In this document: piece by piece, positions 18,492 through 27,861 of the stretch
Numbering within the stretch: position 1 is the stretch's first letter
Layout: each line of letters opens with the position of its first letter
Assembly (NCBI GenBank): GCA_965222605.1
Contig: OZ244960.1
Location: 6,144,001-6,208,000 of the forward strand
From: Candidatus Latescibacterota bacterium
GTDB lineage: Bacteria; Latescibacterota; UBA2968
DNA length: 64,000 nt
Reading direction: 5' to 3'
Program-made: the position numbers and the translations under genes
The notes under the pieces: generated by a model
What the model saw: only the letters and a program-made list of their open reading frames with translations
Databases searched by the model: none
What the model was told of the DNA's origin: nothing

Positions 18492-19615
18492 TGCTTCGAA
18501 ATATCAATTTGCTGCACTTCAAATGCTTCGAGCACTTGGACCTGGATTGCACGTCTCTCAATCTGCTGTGTGGCTTAAACGGAATGGGTAAAAGTAGCGT
18601 TATCCAGGCATTGCTAGTGCTCCGACAGTCTTTTGAAACCGGAGAATTACTCAATGGCAGACTGGTCCTTGGCGGCGAGCGGATTGACCTCGGCGCGGGG
18701 TCGGATGTACTATTTGAGGGTGCCGAGAGCAATGTAGTGGGCTTTACGCTTAAGGATGACAGAATAGCGGATAGGTGGGGAATAGTCTTCAGCTATTCGC
18801 GGACGGCCGATCAATTGAGTACCCCCAATAGAACTAACGAGAATATTGACTACTTGCCCTTGGAGTGGCAGTGTGTGCCACCGTTTGGAGGACACCTCGT
18901 TTATGTAAATGCGGAACGGGTCGGTCCCCGGAAGTTGTACCAGCTATCCGATGTGATGGCTAGACGCGGTGAATTCGGTGCAAGTGGTGAGTACGCGTGG
19001 AATTACTTGAACCACCATCAGGACGATCTTCTAGGGAAAGACGATCCTCGTTGCGTTGAAGGCGTGAGTCGGCGACTGATCGACACCGTAGATCAGTGGC
19101 TACAAGATGTGTGCCCTGGTGCCCATCTGCGACTTGCGGAGGTGAGGGACGCCGATGCGGTTATTGCAGGGTTTTCGTTCGACCAGCCAGGGGATGTCGC
19201 CACACGCCCGTATCGTGCGACTAACGTCGGATTTGGCCTATCGTACGTGCTGCCGGTTATCCTCGCTCTGTTGTCGCCACCAGGGACGCTTTGCCTGATT
19301 GAGAACCCGGAGGCTCACCTGCATCCCCGCGGACAGACGAAACTGGGAGAATTGTCAGCCCGTGCGGCGAGTATTGGTGTACAGGTGTTCGCCGAGACCC
19401 ATAGTGACCATTTTATTGATGGCGTTCGCATTGCTGTGCGCGATGGACTCATTGCGCCGGAGGATACTGCTTTTCACTATTTTGAGCGTGATGGTAACAA
19501 GACAGTCATATCTTCGCCTCAAGTAGATGCAGACGGGCGGCTGTCGCATTGGCCAGCAGGCTTTTTCGATCAGCACGAAGAAAACCTGGCCAGACTGCTT
19601 GCCCCGAGGGCCTGA
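18491..19615 (+). CDS. ABC-type ATPase (AAA_21) with C-terminal DUF3696, Menshen NsnB-like
   Basis: Walker A GLNGMGKSS, signature VGFGLSY, Walker B LIENPEAHLHP, ETHSDH, C-terminal WPAGFFDQ; TGATG coupling to the upstream gene. Confidence 0.88.
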   Translation: MLRNINLLHFKCFEHLDLDCTSLNLLCGLNGMGKSSVIQALLVLRQSFETGELLNGRLVLGGERIDLGAGSDVLFEGAESNVVGFTLKDDRIADRWGIVFSYSRTADQLSTPNRTNENIDYLPLEWQCVPPFGGHLVYVNAERVGPRKLYQLSDVMARRGEFGASGEYAWNYLNHHQDDLLGKDDPRCVEGVSRRLIDTVDQWLQDVCPGAHLRLAEVRDADAVIAGFSFDQPGDVATRPYRATNVGFGLSYVLPVILALLSPPGTLCLIENPEAHLHPRGQTKLGELSARAASIGVQVFAETHSDHFIDGVRIAVRDGLIAPEDTAFHYFERDGNKTVISSPQVDADGRLSHWPAGFFDQHEENLARLLAPRA

Positions 19616-19616
19616 T

Positions 19617-20555
19617 ATGCGCGAGATGGTGCTGAATCACGCAAGCCTTGATTCCCCTGACCAACACACTGTTATAGATTGGTTGGAAGACTTGGCTATC
19701 GGTATGGCTCAGTTGGTTAGTGAAAATATTTCGGAACGTTCTCTGCGAAGTAGTCAATCTTTGTACGAGACTTTTTGTTTCTCTGATTGGTCGCTGTGGG
19801 ATGCTATTCAGGAACTGCGGGCAGGAGGCGCACGCGACGAGCATCTATTCCTCGTTCGTTTGAGCACGAAAGTCCCGCTATTGAGCGACGTTGGGCAGGA
19901 TGTAGCAGATCGATTTCGCGCATGCGAGGCGAAGACATTGCCACCGAAAGACGGAGAGCCTCTCGTCTTATGCGCTATCACCGATGGAATTGCGGTTGGA
20001 TTTCCATCGGATCCAATCTGGGACCGCGACAATGTCACGGTAAGCTTCAATGAGCTATTACCCGATGAAAATATAGGGGAAGCATCTGAAACGATTGACA
20101 ATCTCACGCGGTCTGTTCATGCTCTGCCAATTTGTGAACGGCATCGTGCTGATCTTCGCCAATTCGCAAACTCCGCGGCGTTGTGGGCGGGTAGAGAAGA
20201 AGCATTTCCGAACCTCGTGTTTGGGCCAGATGTGGAACACAACCTAACGACATTAAATAGTAGCGCATTGCAGATTGTCATCAAGCGATTAGCAAGCCTC
20301 AATGAATCTGCTAGCGAATGGCCTAATAAAGGCGACGCAATGCCCTCCTGGAAGTGCCGAGTGACTCCCGAAAGCCAGCGAGTAAAGAATAACCCGAATT
20401 TACTCAATGCTCGGCGATTCAAGTCTCATCTGGGTACGCAGGAATTGTTTGAGTGGCATGCCCGTTTTGGGAGCAGTGGGCGTATTCATCTTCGGTTTGA
20501 TCCAGGTTCTTATAAAGTCGAAATCGGCTATATTGGACCACATTTGCCTCTTTGA
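19617..20555 (+). CDS. Putative defence effector (Menshen NsnC-like) with a RelE-like C-terminal domain
   Basis: Starts 1 nt after the ATPase stop; C-terminus FEWHARFG..GRIHLRFD....VEIGYIGPHL resembles RelE-type ribonuclease folds. Confidence 0.65.
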   Translation: MREMVLNHASLDSPDQHTVIDWLEDLAIGMAQLVSENISERSLRSSQSLYETFCFSDWSLWDAIQELRAGGARDEHLFLVRLSTKVPLLSDVGQDVADRFRACEAKTLPPKDGEPLVLCAITDGIAVGFPSDPIWDRDNVTVSFNELLPDENIGEASETIDNLTRSVHALPICERHRADLRQFANSAALWAGREEAFPNLVFGPDVEHNLTTLNSSALQIVIKRLASLNESASEWPNKGDAMPSWKCRVTPESQRVKNNPNLLNARRFKSHLGTQELFEWHARFGSSGRIHLRFDPGSYKVEIGYIGPHLPL

Positions 20556-20577
20556 GGCCTGCAAAGGATATTGGTCC

Positions 20578-21012
20578 ATGAGCGAGAACAAGCTGTCTTT
20601 TGATCATATCCATATCATCAGCGAGGACCCGCGAACTGCGGCAGCGTGGTACGTCGATAAACTGGATGCGACGATCAATGGCGAGTACGAGCTTCGTGGC
20701 GCGCCGCAGATCAACGTGAGTCTGGGAGGGGCGACGCTTCTGATCCGAGGAAGACGACCTGGTGAAGATCCGTCTATGCCCGCGCCGATGCGCGATTTCG
20801 AGGATTATTCGAGCCATAATGAATACGGCACAGATCACTTTGGTTTTACATATCGTGGTGATTTGCGGGCGTATTGCGAGGTATTGCGTGCTAAAGGGGT
20901 AAAGTTTGTGGTTGAGCCGTGGGAATTTATACCCGGTAGCGGTGGTGTGATATGCTATATTGCCGCACCCGATGGGGTCAGTATCGAGCTTGTTCAGGCG
21001 AGGCCGCGTTGA
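20578..21012 (+). CDS. VOC/glyoxalase family protein
   Basis: FDHIHI, GTDHFGF, APDGVSIELVQ. Confidence 0.85.
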   Translation: MSENKLSFDHIHIISEDPRTAAAWYVDKLDATINGEYELRGAPQINVSLGGATLLIRGRRPGEDPSMPAPMRDFEDYSSHNEYGTDHFGFTYRGDLRAYCEVLRAKGVKFVVEPWEFIPGSGGVICYIAAPDGVSIELVQARPR

Positions 21013-21138
21013 CTGGTGGCGTGAGATCACCGTAGATAAGAATAGCATCTTGTCTCATGAAGCTATCTGCATTATGTTTAAGATAGGTTTGAAAACTCAA
21101 TATTAATTATCTGTGTCAAATAAAAAAGGAGATTTGGC

Positions 21139-22035
21139 ATGTCAGAACAGAATTATCGCGTTGCGCCGCCGGGGTTTACGCGCGATCAGTGGGAAGAATT
21201 TCAAGAGAATGGTATGCTCGTTGTAGAAGATGCGTTGACAGACGAGGAATGCGATCGCTATATAGAGATGATCGATGCTGCGGCTGCTCGCAGTGAAAAA
21301 TACGATCCTGCGAAGTTTTTTGGTCCAAACAATATTGTGGAGCGGTATCCGGAATTTGCCGAGTTGATCGATCACCCCCGACATATCGGCTTTATGCACG
21401 ATGTGTATAGCGAATTGTTAAAGCTCCATATTTCCCAATTTTTCTTGCGTCCTCGTGATACGAGCCGCAACAAGTGGCATCCCGATGGTGCGCGCGCTTT
21501 GCCCTATAGCGTTTTTTCACCTGTTTTGCCCATGCATATCAAAGTGGCGTATTGGTTAACCGATCTACCCGAGCCCGATATGGGAAATTTTGTCTATATG
21601 CCCGGTAGCCACAAGGGACAGTATTTTGATTTTTACGATACCCATGAAGAAGTCCCCGGCGAAAAGGTAATTTGCCCGAAGCGCGGTACTATGACATTGA
21701 TGCATTGCAGCACCTGGCATCGCGTAGCGCCCAATAATACGGATGCTGTGAGAAAGAATATCTTTTTGGCCTATTGCCCATCGTGGGTTTGCGAAGCAGA
21801 TCGGCACCAATGCGATCCCGATTGGCTCGCCACGCTCAACCGCGAACAGCGCATTATTATGCGAAGTTACAATGGCGGATATGCGAGGACCAAGCCCGCA
21901 GCGAGTGAATTTCCACTTTTTTTGGATAGGGAAACGGGTTCTGATCGAGACTATGGCGTTTGGCCCGAACACGTTGAGTTGCATCGGCGCAAACGCACGA
22001 CCACGGTTGAAAAATTTGAGTTGGCATCCCTTTAA
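21139..22035 (+). CDS. Phytanoyl-CoA dioxygenase (PhyH) family Fe/2OG oxygenase
   Basis: F.ENG.LVVEDAL, WHPD (HxD), PGSH, distal WH..APN, RK. Confidence 0.85.
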   Translation: MSEQNYRVAPPGFTRDQWEEFQENGMLVVEDALTDEECDRYIEMIDAAAARSEKYDPAKFFGPNNIVERYPEFAELIDHPRHIGFMHDVYSELLKLHISQFFLRPRDTSRNKWHPDGARALPYSVFSPVLPMHIKVAYWLTDLPEPDMGNFVYMPGSHKGQYFDFYDTHEEVPGEKVICPKRGTMTLMHCSTWHRVAPNNTDAVRKNIFLAYCPSWVCEADRHQCDPDWLATLNREQRIIMRSYNGGYARTKPAASEFPLFLDRETGSDRDYGVWPEHVELHRRKRTTTVEKFELASL

Positions 22036-22994
22036 TGCAGGAGGCTGCTGTGAAGGTATTGATTAACGATCATTTAGATGATCATCACCTGACGCAGATT
22101 CAATCGACCTCTGAAGATGTCGATCTGGTCATCCCCGATTCAAGTGGCGATGCGCTGGATGTTATGCCCGAAATCGATATCATTTTTGGGGGTATGAGCC
22201 GCGATATGTTCAAACGCGCCGAAAGCCTGAAATGGGTGCAGACCTGGGGCGCGGGCGTCGATGGGATGATGTATGCCGAGTTTGTCCATAGCGAGGTAAT
22301 TCTGACGAGTGCGAAGGGTACTGTGGGTGTTCACCTGTCAGAACATGCGATGGCTCTTTTGCTCGGGTTGACCCGGGGGATTGCGCGCGCGATCAGAACG
22401 ACTGATTGGAATGAGCGCATGCCCATCCGCCACGCATCGTGGGAATTGATCGATAAAACAATGGGTATTGTGGGATTGGGCGGCACGGGATGCGATGTGG
22501 CTATTCGGGCGCATGCGTTTGGCATGAAAATTATAGCTGTTGATCCAGAGGATGTCGATGTGCCAGACTGTGTAGAGACGTGTTGGAAGATGGATCGTTT
22601 TTACGATCTTTTATCCGCGTCTGATATTGTGGTGGTCTGCTGCCCTTTGACAGAGGAAACGCGCGGGCTTTTCGACCGCATGGCATTTGAGAAGATGCAG
22701 AATCACGCGCTTTTGATCAATGTCACGCGGGGTAAAATTATGGATGACGCATCTTTGGTCGAGGCATTGAAAACCGGGCAGATTGCTGGGGCGGGGTTGG
22801 ATGTGACGCCGCAAGAGCCATTGCCAGGCGATCATCCGCTGTGGAATATGCCCAATGTCATTATCACACCGCATACCGCGGGAGGGTCTCCCAATAGGCA
22901 GGACCGCATTGTGAATTTGTTTTGTGAAAACTTGCGGCGTTTTCTGAAGGGAGAAGATATGCTGAGTGTAATCGAGAAAAAGAAGGGGTATTAA
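22035..22994 (+). CDS. D-2-hydroxyacid dehydrogenase
   Basis: GAGVD, GLGGTG, INVTRG, LDVT..EPL, TPHTAG. Confidence 0.9.
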   Translation: MQEAAVKVLINDHLDDHHLTQIQSTSEDVDLVIPDSSGDALDVMPEIDIIFGGMSRDMFKRAESLKWVQTWGAGVDGMMYAEFVHSEVILTSAKGTVGVHLSEHAMALLLGLTRGIARAIRTTDWNERMPIRHASWELIDKTMGIVGLGGTGCDVAIRAHAFGMKIIAVDPEDVDVPDCVETCWKMDRFYDLLSASDIVVVCCPLTEETRGLFDRMAFEKMQNHALLINVTRGKIMDDASLVEALKTGQIAGAGLDVTPQEPLPGDHPLWNMPNVIITPHTAGGSPNRQDRIVNLFCENLRRFLKGEDMLSVIEKKKGY

Positions 22995-23236
22995 ATACGT
23001 TTTCTCTTGACACAATGTTACAAATATATTGATATTTGCAATGAAGCATGTACTGAGGTGTATTACTCAGTATAATTCTAAACATTATTTATATGGTCTC
23101 GGGCAAGGGTGACCCGAGGTCATGTGCCCTTCTCCTAAGTAGGAATCCCTGTGTTGGGGTCACCGAATCGGGGGAAGGGCGTTTTTTTGTGTGGCAGTGC
23201 CCTTGTCAGGCGTTTATATTAGGCGGTAAAAAGCAG

Positions 23237-23317
23237 GTAAGAGGTAAGACGTAAGACGTAAAAGGTGAGAGGGGGTTGCCTTTAACGTCTCACGTTTTTC
23301 GTCTCACGTTTCACGTA
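23237..23317. repeat. Heptamer tandem repeats (GTAAGAC-like x5, then complementary GTCTCAC-like x4)
   Basis: GTAAGAG GTAAGAC GTAAGAC GTAAAAG GTGAGAG ... GTCTCAC GTTTTTC GTCTCAC GTTTCAC. Confidence 0.7.
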
Positions 23318-23329
23318 TAGAGGTTTTTA

Positions 23330-25276
23330 GTGGCTTTAGCAAGAGAGGCTATTGTTCCTGAATCTGCCAGACCCGCCGTGACGTTTCGGGCACTTATTTT
23401 GGGCACTTTTCTCACGGTGATGGCGACGATTGCCGGGTCTTACGCGAGATTTATTCTTCACACCACCAGATTGGACCAAAATCACCTCTCAGTCGCCGCT
23501 GTTTTTCCCATTGTTGTGATCGCGCTTGTGCTTTTGCGCCCGCTCAAGCTGAGTCGGGGCGAGCTTATTGTCATGTTTACTATGGCATTGATTGGCGCGA
23601 CTATGCCCACGTATTTTGTCGGGAAATTGATCGCCAATTTTACGGTGCCGTATTATCTGGCAACGCCCGAGAATCAGTGGGCAACCTATTACGAACCCTA
23701 TTTGCCAGAGTGGTCTATTCTGCCCGCGGGTGAACCCCTGCGGTGGTTTTTTGAAGGGTTGCCGCGCGGGGTTTCCGTGCCGTGGAATGCGTGGATTGTG
23801 CCCGTATTCTGGTGGATGACTGTGATTGCAGCTTTTTATGGCTGCTGCCTTTTTTTAATGGTTATTCTGCGAAAGCAGTGGATAGAGCACGAGCGCATTG
23901 ACTATCCGCTGATGGAAATGCCTTTGGCTGTGATGGAGGAGGACAACAGACAGGGGTTTTTCCCAATTCCCATGATGAATAGCCCGTTGTTCTGGGCCGG
24001 CTTCAGTCTCACGTTGTGTATTATCCTCTGGAATGTCATTTCCTATTTTAGTCCGACCTTTCCGGCGATTCCATGGAGCTTTGCGAGTATTCAGTTTGGG
24101 CGCGAATTTCCTCCTATTCTCGTGCGTCTTTACCTGATGGTTGTGGGTTTTGGATATTTTATCAATCTGGATATTTCACTGAGCCTGTGGGTGTTCAATG
24201 TGCTGACTAATCTGGAAAATGGCTTTTTTAACCGCTTTGGTCTAAATGCCGGTGCTGATGAAGAGTATTCCACCGCGCCGCTGGCGATGGGCGCGCAATC
24301 CATGGGGGCATTTATCGCTGTGGTACTCGTGGGGTTCTGGATGGCGCGCGGGCACTTGCGCGGGGTTTTTCGCAAGGCATTTTACCGCGATGATTCGGTT
24401 GACGATTCCGATGAGATCGTTTCGTATCGCACGGCGGTTTTTGGCCTTATAGCCTGCTCTGCCTACCTGGTCGTCTGGCATTTGGCAACGGGTATGGCGT
24501 TTAAGTATATCCCGATTTTTCTCTTTGGTGCCCTGGTTATGTATCTGGGGATTACGCGGGTTATTGCAGAGACCGGGCTGATTTCTATTCGCGCACCGTT
24601 GATGCCACAACCTTTTGCCATGTTTGTGATGGGGTCAGATGTGCTTTCACAGCAAACGCAGGTTTCTATCGCGCTTTCGTATTCATGGTGCAGCGATACC
24701 AAAACCACGATCATGCCCGCGCTTGCACATTCCGTCAAACTTTACGATACTGTTCGAGTCAACCAGCGGCGATTGATCGTTCCCATTGTTTTGGCGATGG
24801 CCGCAGGGGTGGCCGCTACATTTGTCTATACGATTTATATGGGCTATTTAAATGGCGCCGCAAATTACGGCGGTATTTTTCACGGGGGTCTCGCGCGGTT
24901 TCCCTGGGATAATCTGGTCAAGAAGTCGAAAGATCCCTTTGCGGTGCAGTGGTTGCCCATTATGTATATGGGGATTGGCGCTGCGGTGACGCTGCTTTTT
25001 ATGATGTTGCGCTATCGGGTTTCGTGGTGGCCGCTGCATCCAATTGGATTTGCTGCCGGACCGGTTTATCCGGTTAATAATGTCATTTTTGCAATTTTTC
25101 TCGCCTGGGCGATCAAGTCTATTGTTTTGCGGATTGGGGGCATTCGCGCCTATCGTGCGGGTCGGCCGTTTTTTATAGGGCTTATTATGGGGCATTTTAT
25201 GGGGGCTGGTATTTCGTTTGTCGTCGATATGATCTGGTTCCCGGGGCAGGGGCATAGCATTCCTTTTTCGGATTAG
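23330..25276 (+). CDS. DUF6785/DUF6784 polytopic membrane protein (putative OPT-like transporter)
   Basis: LRKQWIEHERIDYPL, R..AETG, WWPLHPIGF, GG...YR..RPFFIGLI.G; many TM segments. Confidence 0.8.
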   Translation: MALAREAIVPESARPAVTFRALILGTFLTVMATIAGSYARFILHTTRLDQNHLSVAAVFPIVVIALVLLRPLKLSRGELIVMFTMALIGATMPTYFVGKLIANFTVPYYLATPENQWATYYEPYLPEWSILPAGEPLRWFFEGLPRGVSVPWNAWIVPVFWWMTVIAAFYGCCLFLMVILRKQWIEHERIDYPLMEMPLAVMEEDNRQGFFPIPMMNSPLFWAGFSLTLCIILWNVISYFSPTFPAIPWSFASIQFGREFPPILVRLYLMVVGFGYFINLDISLSLWVFNVLTNLENGFFNRFGLNAGADEEYSTAPLAMGAQSMGAFIAVVLVGFWMARGHLRGVFRKAFYRDDSVDDSDEIVSYRTAVFGLIACSAYLVVWHLATGMAFKYIPIFLFGALVMYLGITRVIAETGLISIRAPLMPQPFAMFVMGSDVLSQQTQVSIALSYSWCSDTKTTIMPALAHSVKLYDTVRVNQRRLIVPIVLAMAAGVAATFVYTIYMGYLNGAANYGGIFHGGLARFPWDNLVKKSKDPFAVQWLPIMYMGIGAAVTLLFMMLRYRVSWWPLHPIGFAAGPVYPVNNVIFAIFLAWAIKSIVLRIGGIRAYRAGRPFFIGLIMGHFMGAGISFVVDMIWFPGQGHSIPFSD

Positions 25277-25305
25277 AATTATCCATTTTTTTCAGGAGCT
25301 TTAAA

Positions 25306-26397
25306 ATGAAAATTACGGGTATCGAACTCGACGCCGTGCATGTCAATCACCGCGGGGATTGGGTGTTTGTACATGTACTTACGGATGAGGGCATCCAGGG
25401 AGTAGGGGAGATGCGCTCAGGCAACAATTATGCGGCACAATTAGCGGCTTTGCGCGATCTGAGTGAATCGGTCAAAGGGTGCGATCCGAGAAAAATTGAG
25501 GCTCTTGTGTCGCGCTATACAAGCACAGAACGCACAAAGGTGGAATTGTTCGCGTTGAGTGCGTTTGAACAGGCGCTGTGGGATATTTTGGGCAAATCGC
25601 TCAATGCCCCTGTTCACGCGCTTTTGGGAGGCGCGTGTCGAGATGAGATCCGGTTGTATGCGAATATTAATCGAGCGACCACAGACCGATCGCCCGAGGG
25701 GTTTGCCAAAAATGCCGCTGCTGCGGTAGCCGAGGGATTTGATGCGGTCAAGCTGGACCCTTTTGATGGCGTGCGCGCTGCCGACAATGCCAAAGAGGCT
25801 GCAAGGGGGATTGCGTGTATGCAGGCGGTTCGTGAAGCCATCGGGCCAGAGGCCGATTTGCTCGTGGATTGTCACAGCAAGTTCACGGTTCGCGGCGCGA
25901 TCGAGGTCGCGGGTGAGTTGCGCGATCTCAATCTTTTCTGGTTTGAGCAACCGACGTCCGAAAATAGCCTCGATAATTGTCTTGCGGTTAAAGAAGGGTG
26001 TGGGTTGACGATTGCGGGAGGCGAGCAGCGGGGATTGCGGCGGGATTGGGTCGAGGTGGTGGAAAATCTCAGTATGGATATTCCCATGCCCGATGTGACG
26101 GTTGTGGGTGGGATCGGTGAGTTAAAAAAAATAGGGGATATGCTCCACGCCTGGGGGCTGCCCACGGCGCCACACGGTCCTTTTGGCCCGGTGGTGATCG
26201 CGGCTGGCGTGCATGCGATGGCGTCCTTGCCGGGGTTTGTCATTTTGGAATACGGATGGGGAGAGATTCCCTGGCGCAAGGATTTGACCATTCCCGGCGA
26301 GGAGATTGTAAATGGACGCATTCGCATTAATGATCGGCCTGGCCTCGGCGTTGAATTGAATCCCGATATGGTTGAGAAGCACAGAGTCCATGTGTAA
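25306..26397 (+). CDS. Mandelate racemase family dehydratase (galactonate dehydratase-like)
   Basis: EQALWDILGK, KLDPF, VDCH, WFEQP, GGE, APH, RPGLGVEL. Confidence 0.85.
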   Translation: MKITGIELDAVHVNHRGDWVFVHVLTDEGIQGVGEMRSGNNYAAQLAALRDLSESVKGCDPRKIEALVSRYTSTERTKVELFALSAFEQALWDILGKSLNAPVHALLGGACRDEIRLYANINRATTDRSPEGFAKNAAAAVAEGFDAVKLDPFDGVRAADNAKEAARGIACMQAVREAIGPEADLLVDCHSKFTVRGAIEVAGELRDLNLFWFEQPTSENSLDNCLAVKEGCGLTIAGGEQRGLRRDWVEVVENLSMDIPMPDVTVVGGIGELKKIGDMLHAWGLPTAPHGPFGPVVIAAGVHAMASLPGFVILEYGWGEIPWRKDLTIPGEEIVNGRIRINDRPGLGVELNPDMVEKHRVHV

Positions 26398-26428
26398 GTA
26401 CAATGGTGATAACAAAAAGGAGCAGTCG

Positions 26429-27286
26429 ATGTTCAAAAGTCTCAATGCCGGTGCGCTTGGCGTAAGAGGACGTGTTGATGAGTTGATTGGATATGCAAAA
26501 CGCGCTGGATTTCAGGGAGTTGATATCAATATTCAGGAGATCACTTCTCTGGTCAATGCGCGTGGTGCAGAACATGTGAAGGGGCTGTTTGCCGATGCTG
26601 GTTTGAGAATGGGCGCGTGGGGTTTGTCGGTGAATTGGCAGGGAGATGATGCCGAATACAAGGCTGGACTGTCAAAGCTGGATGATTTTGCCGCTGCCGC
26701 TGTTGCCGTGGGAGCTACGCGGGCTGCTCAATGGGTACCTGCGGCTTCTGAAGACCGCAAATTTGGCGATAATTTCAGGTGGCATATTGATCGTTTTAAG
26801 CCAATTGCCGAAATTTTGGGCGAGCATGGATGCAGTCTGGGGCTGGAGTTTATCGGGCCGCGCACCCTGCGAGTGGATAAATCTTATGGGTTTATTCATT
26901 CGATGGATGGCATGCTCGCACTTGCCCATGCGGTTGGTACGGGTAATGTTGGGTTGCTTCTCGATTGCTGGCACTGGTACACGGGTTTGGGGACAATATC
27001 GGATCTGATGGCATTGACTGCTGAAGATGTGGTGCATGTTCACGTCAATGACGCGCCCGATGGTGTCGATGTGAGCGATCAGATTGACAATAAACGCGCC
27101 TTGCCGGGTGAGACGGGTGTGATCGATCTGGTTGGTTTTTTGAGCGCGCTGCAAAAAATTGGCTATGACGGCCCGGTGTCGTCCGAGCCTTTTAGTCAGT
27201 CGGTGCGAGAAATGGCAGCGCAAGATGCCGTGCAAACAACACACGACGCGCTGGACAAAGGATGGCAAGCCGCTCAGTTACCGTGA
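26429..27286 (+). CDS. Sugar phosphate isomerase/epimerase (xylose-isomerase-like TIM barrel)
   Basis: GLEFIGP, LLDCWHW, HVHVND, PGETG, GYDGPVSSE. Confidence 0.85.
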   Translation: MFKSLNAGALGVRGRVDELIGYAKRAGFQGVDINIQEITSLVNARGAEHVKGLFADAGLRMGAWGLSVNWQGDDAEYKAGLSKLDDFAAAAVAVGATRAAQWVPAASEDRKFGDNFRWHIDRFKPIAEILGEHGCSLGLEFIGPRTLRVDKSYGFIHSMDGMLALAHAVGTGNVGLLLDCWHWYTGLGTISDLMALTAEDVVHVHVNDAPDGVDVSDQIDNKRALPGETGVIDLVGFLSALQKIGYDGPVSSEPFSQSVREMAAQDAVQTTHDALDKGWQAAQLP

Positions 27287-27297
27287 GGAGGATTGCG

Positions 27298-27852
27298 ATG
27301 GAGACTTTTGTAGAGAATTACATCGCGCAAAATTTGACCTTGCTCAAGGCGCTGGATGCCGGGGCAATAGCCCGCATTATTGCCGAGTTTGGCAAGGCGA
27401 GAGATGCGCATAAGAGAATTTATGCCATCGGCAATGGGGGCAGCGCGAGTACGGCATCGCATTTTGTCAACGATATGGGCAAGGGCGCTTCAATTGGGCG
27501 CGAAACGCGCTTTAAGACAATTTCGCTGACGGATAATGTGGAATGGATGACGGCGTTGAGCAATGATTTGTGTTACGAAGATGTGTATGTTGAACAATTG
27601 AAAAATTTTGCTGAACCCGGCGATGTTTTATTGGCGATAAGCGGCAGTGGAAATTCCGAAAATGTGTTGCGGGCAGTGCGGTATGCCAACGAGGTTGGCT
27701 GTGTCACCATTGGGTTTACGGGATTTGAGGGGGGAAGGCTGAGAGAACTCGTTCAACAATGTGTGGTGATTCCTTCTGACCACATGGGACGCATCGAAGA
27801 TATGCATCTTATTTTGCAGCACATGATCTGTTATTATTTTATGGAACAGTGA
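27298..27852 (+). CDS. SIS-domain phosphoheptose isomerase (GmhA-like)
   Basis: GNGGSA, TALSND, ISGSGNSENV, GFEGG, IEDMH. Confidence 0.85.
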   Translation: METFVENYIAQNLTLLKALDAGAIARIIAEFGKARDAHKRIYAIGNGGSASTASHFVNDMGKGASIGRETRFKTISLTDNVEWMTALSNDLCYEDVYVEQLKNFAEPGDVLLAISGSGNSENVLRAVRYANEVGCVTIGFTGFEGGRLRELVQQCVVIPSDHMGRIEDMHLILQHMICYYFMEQ

Positions 27853-27861
27853 GCGTCATGC

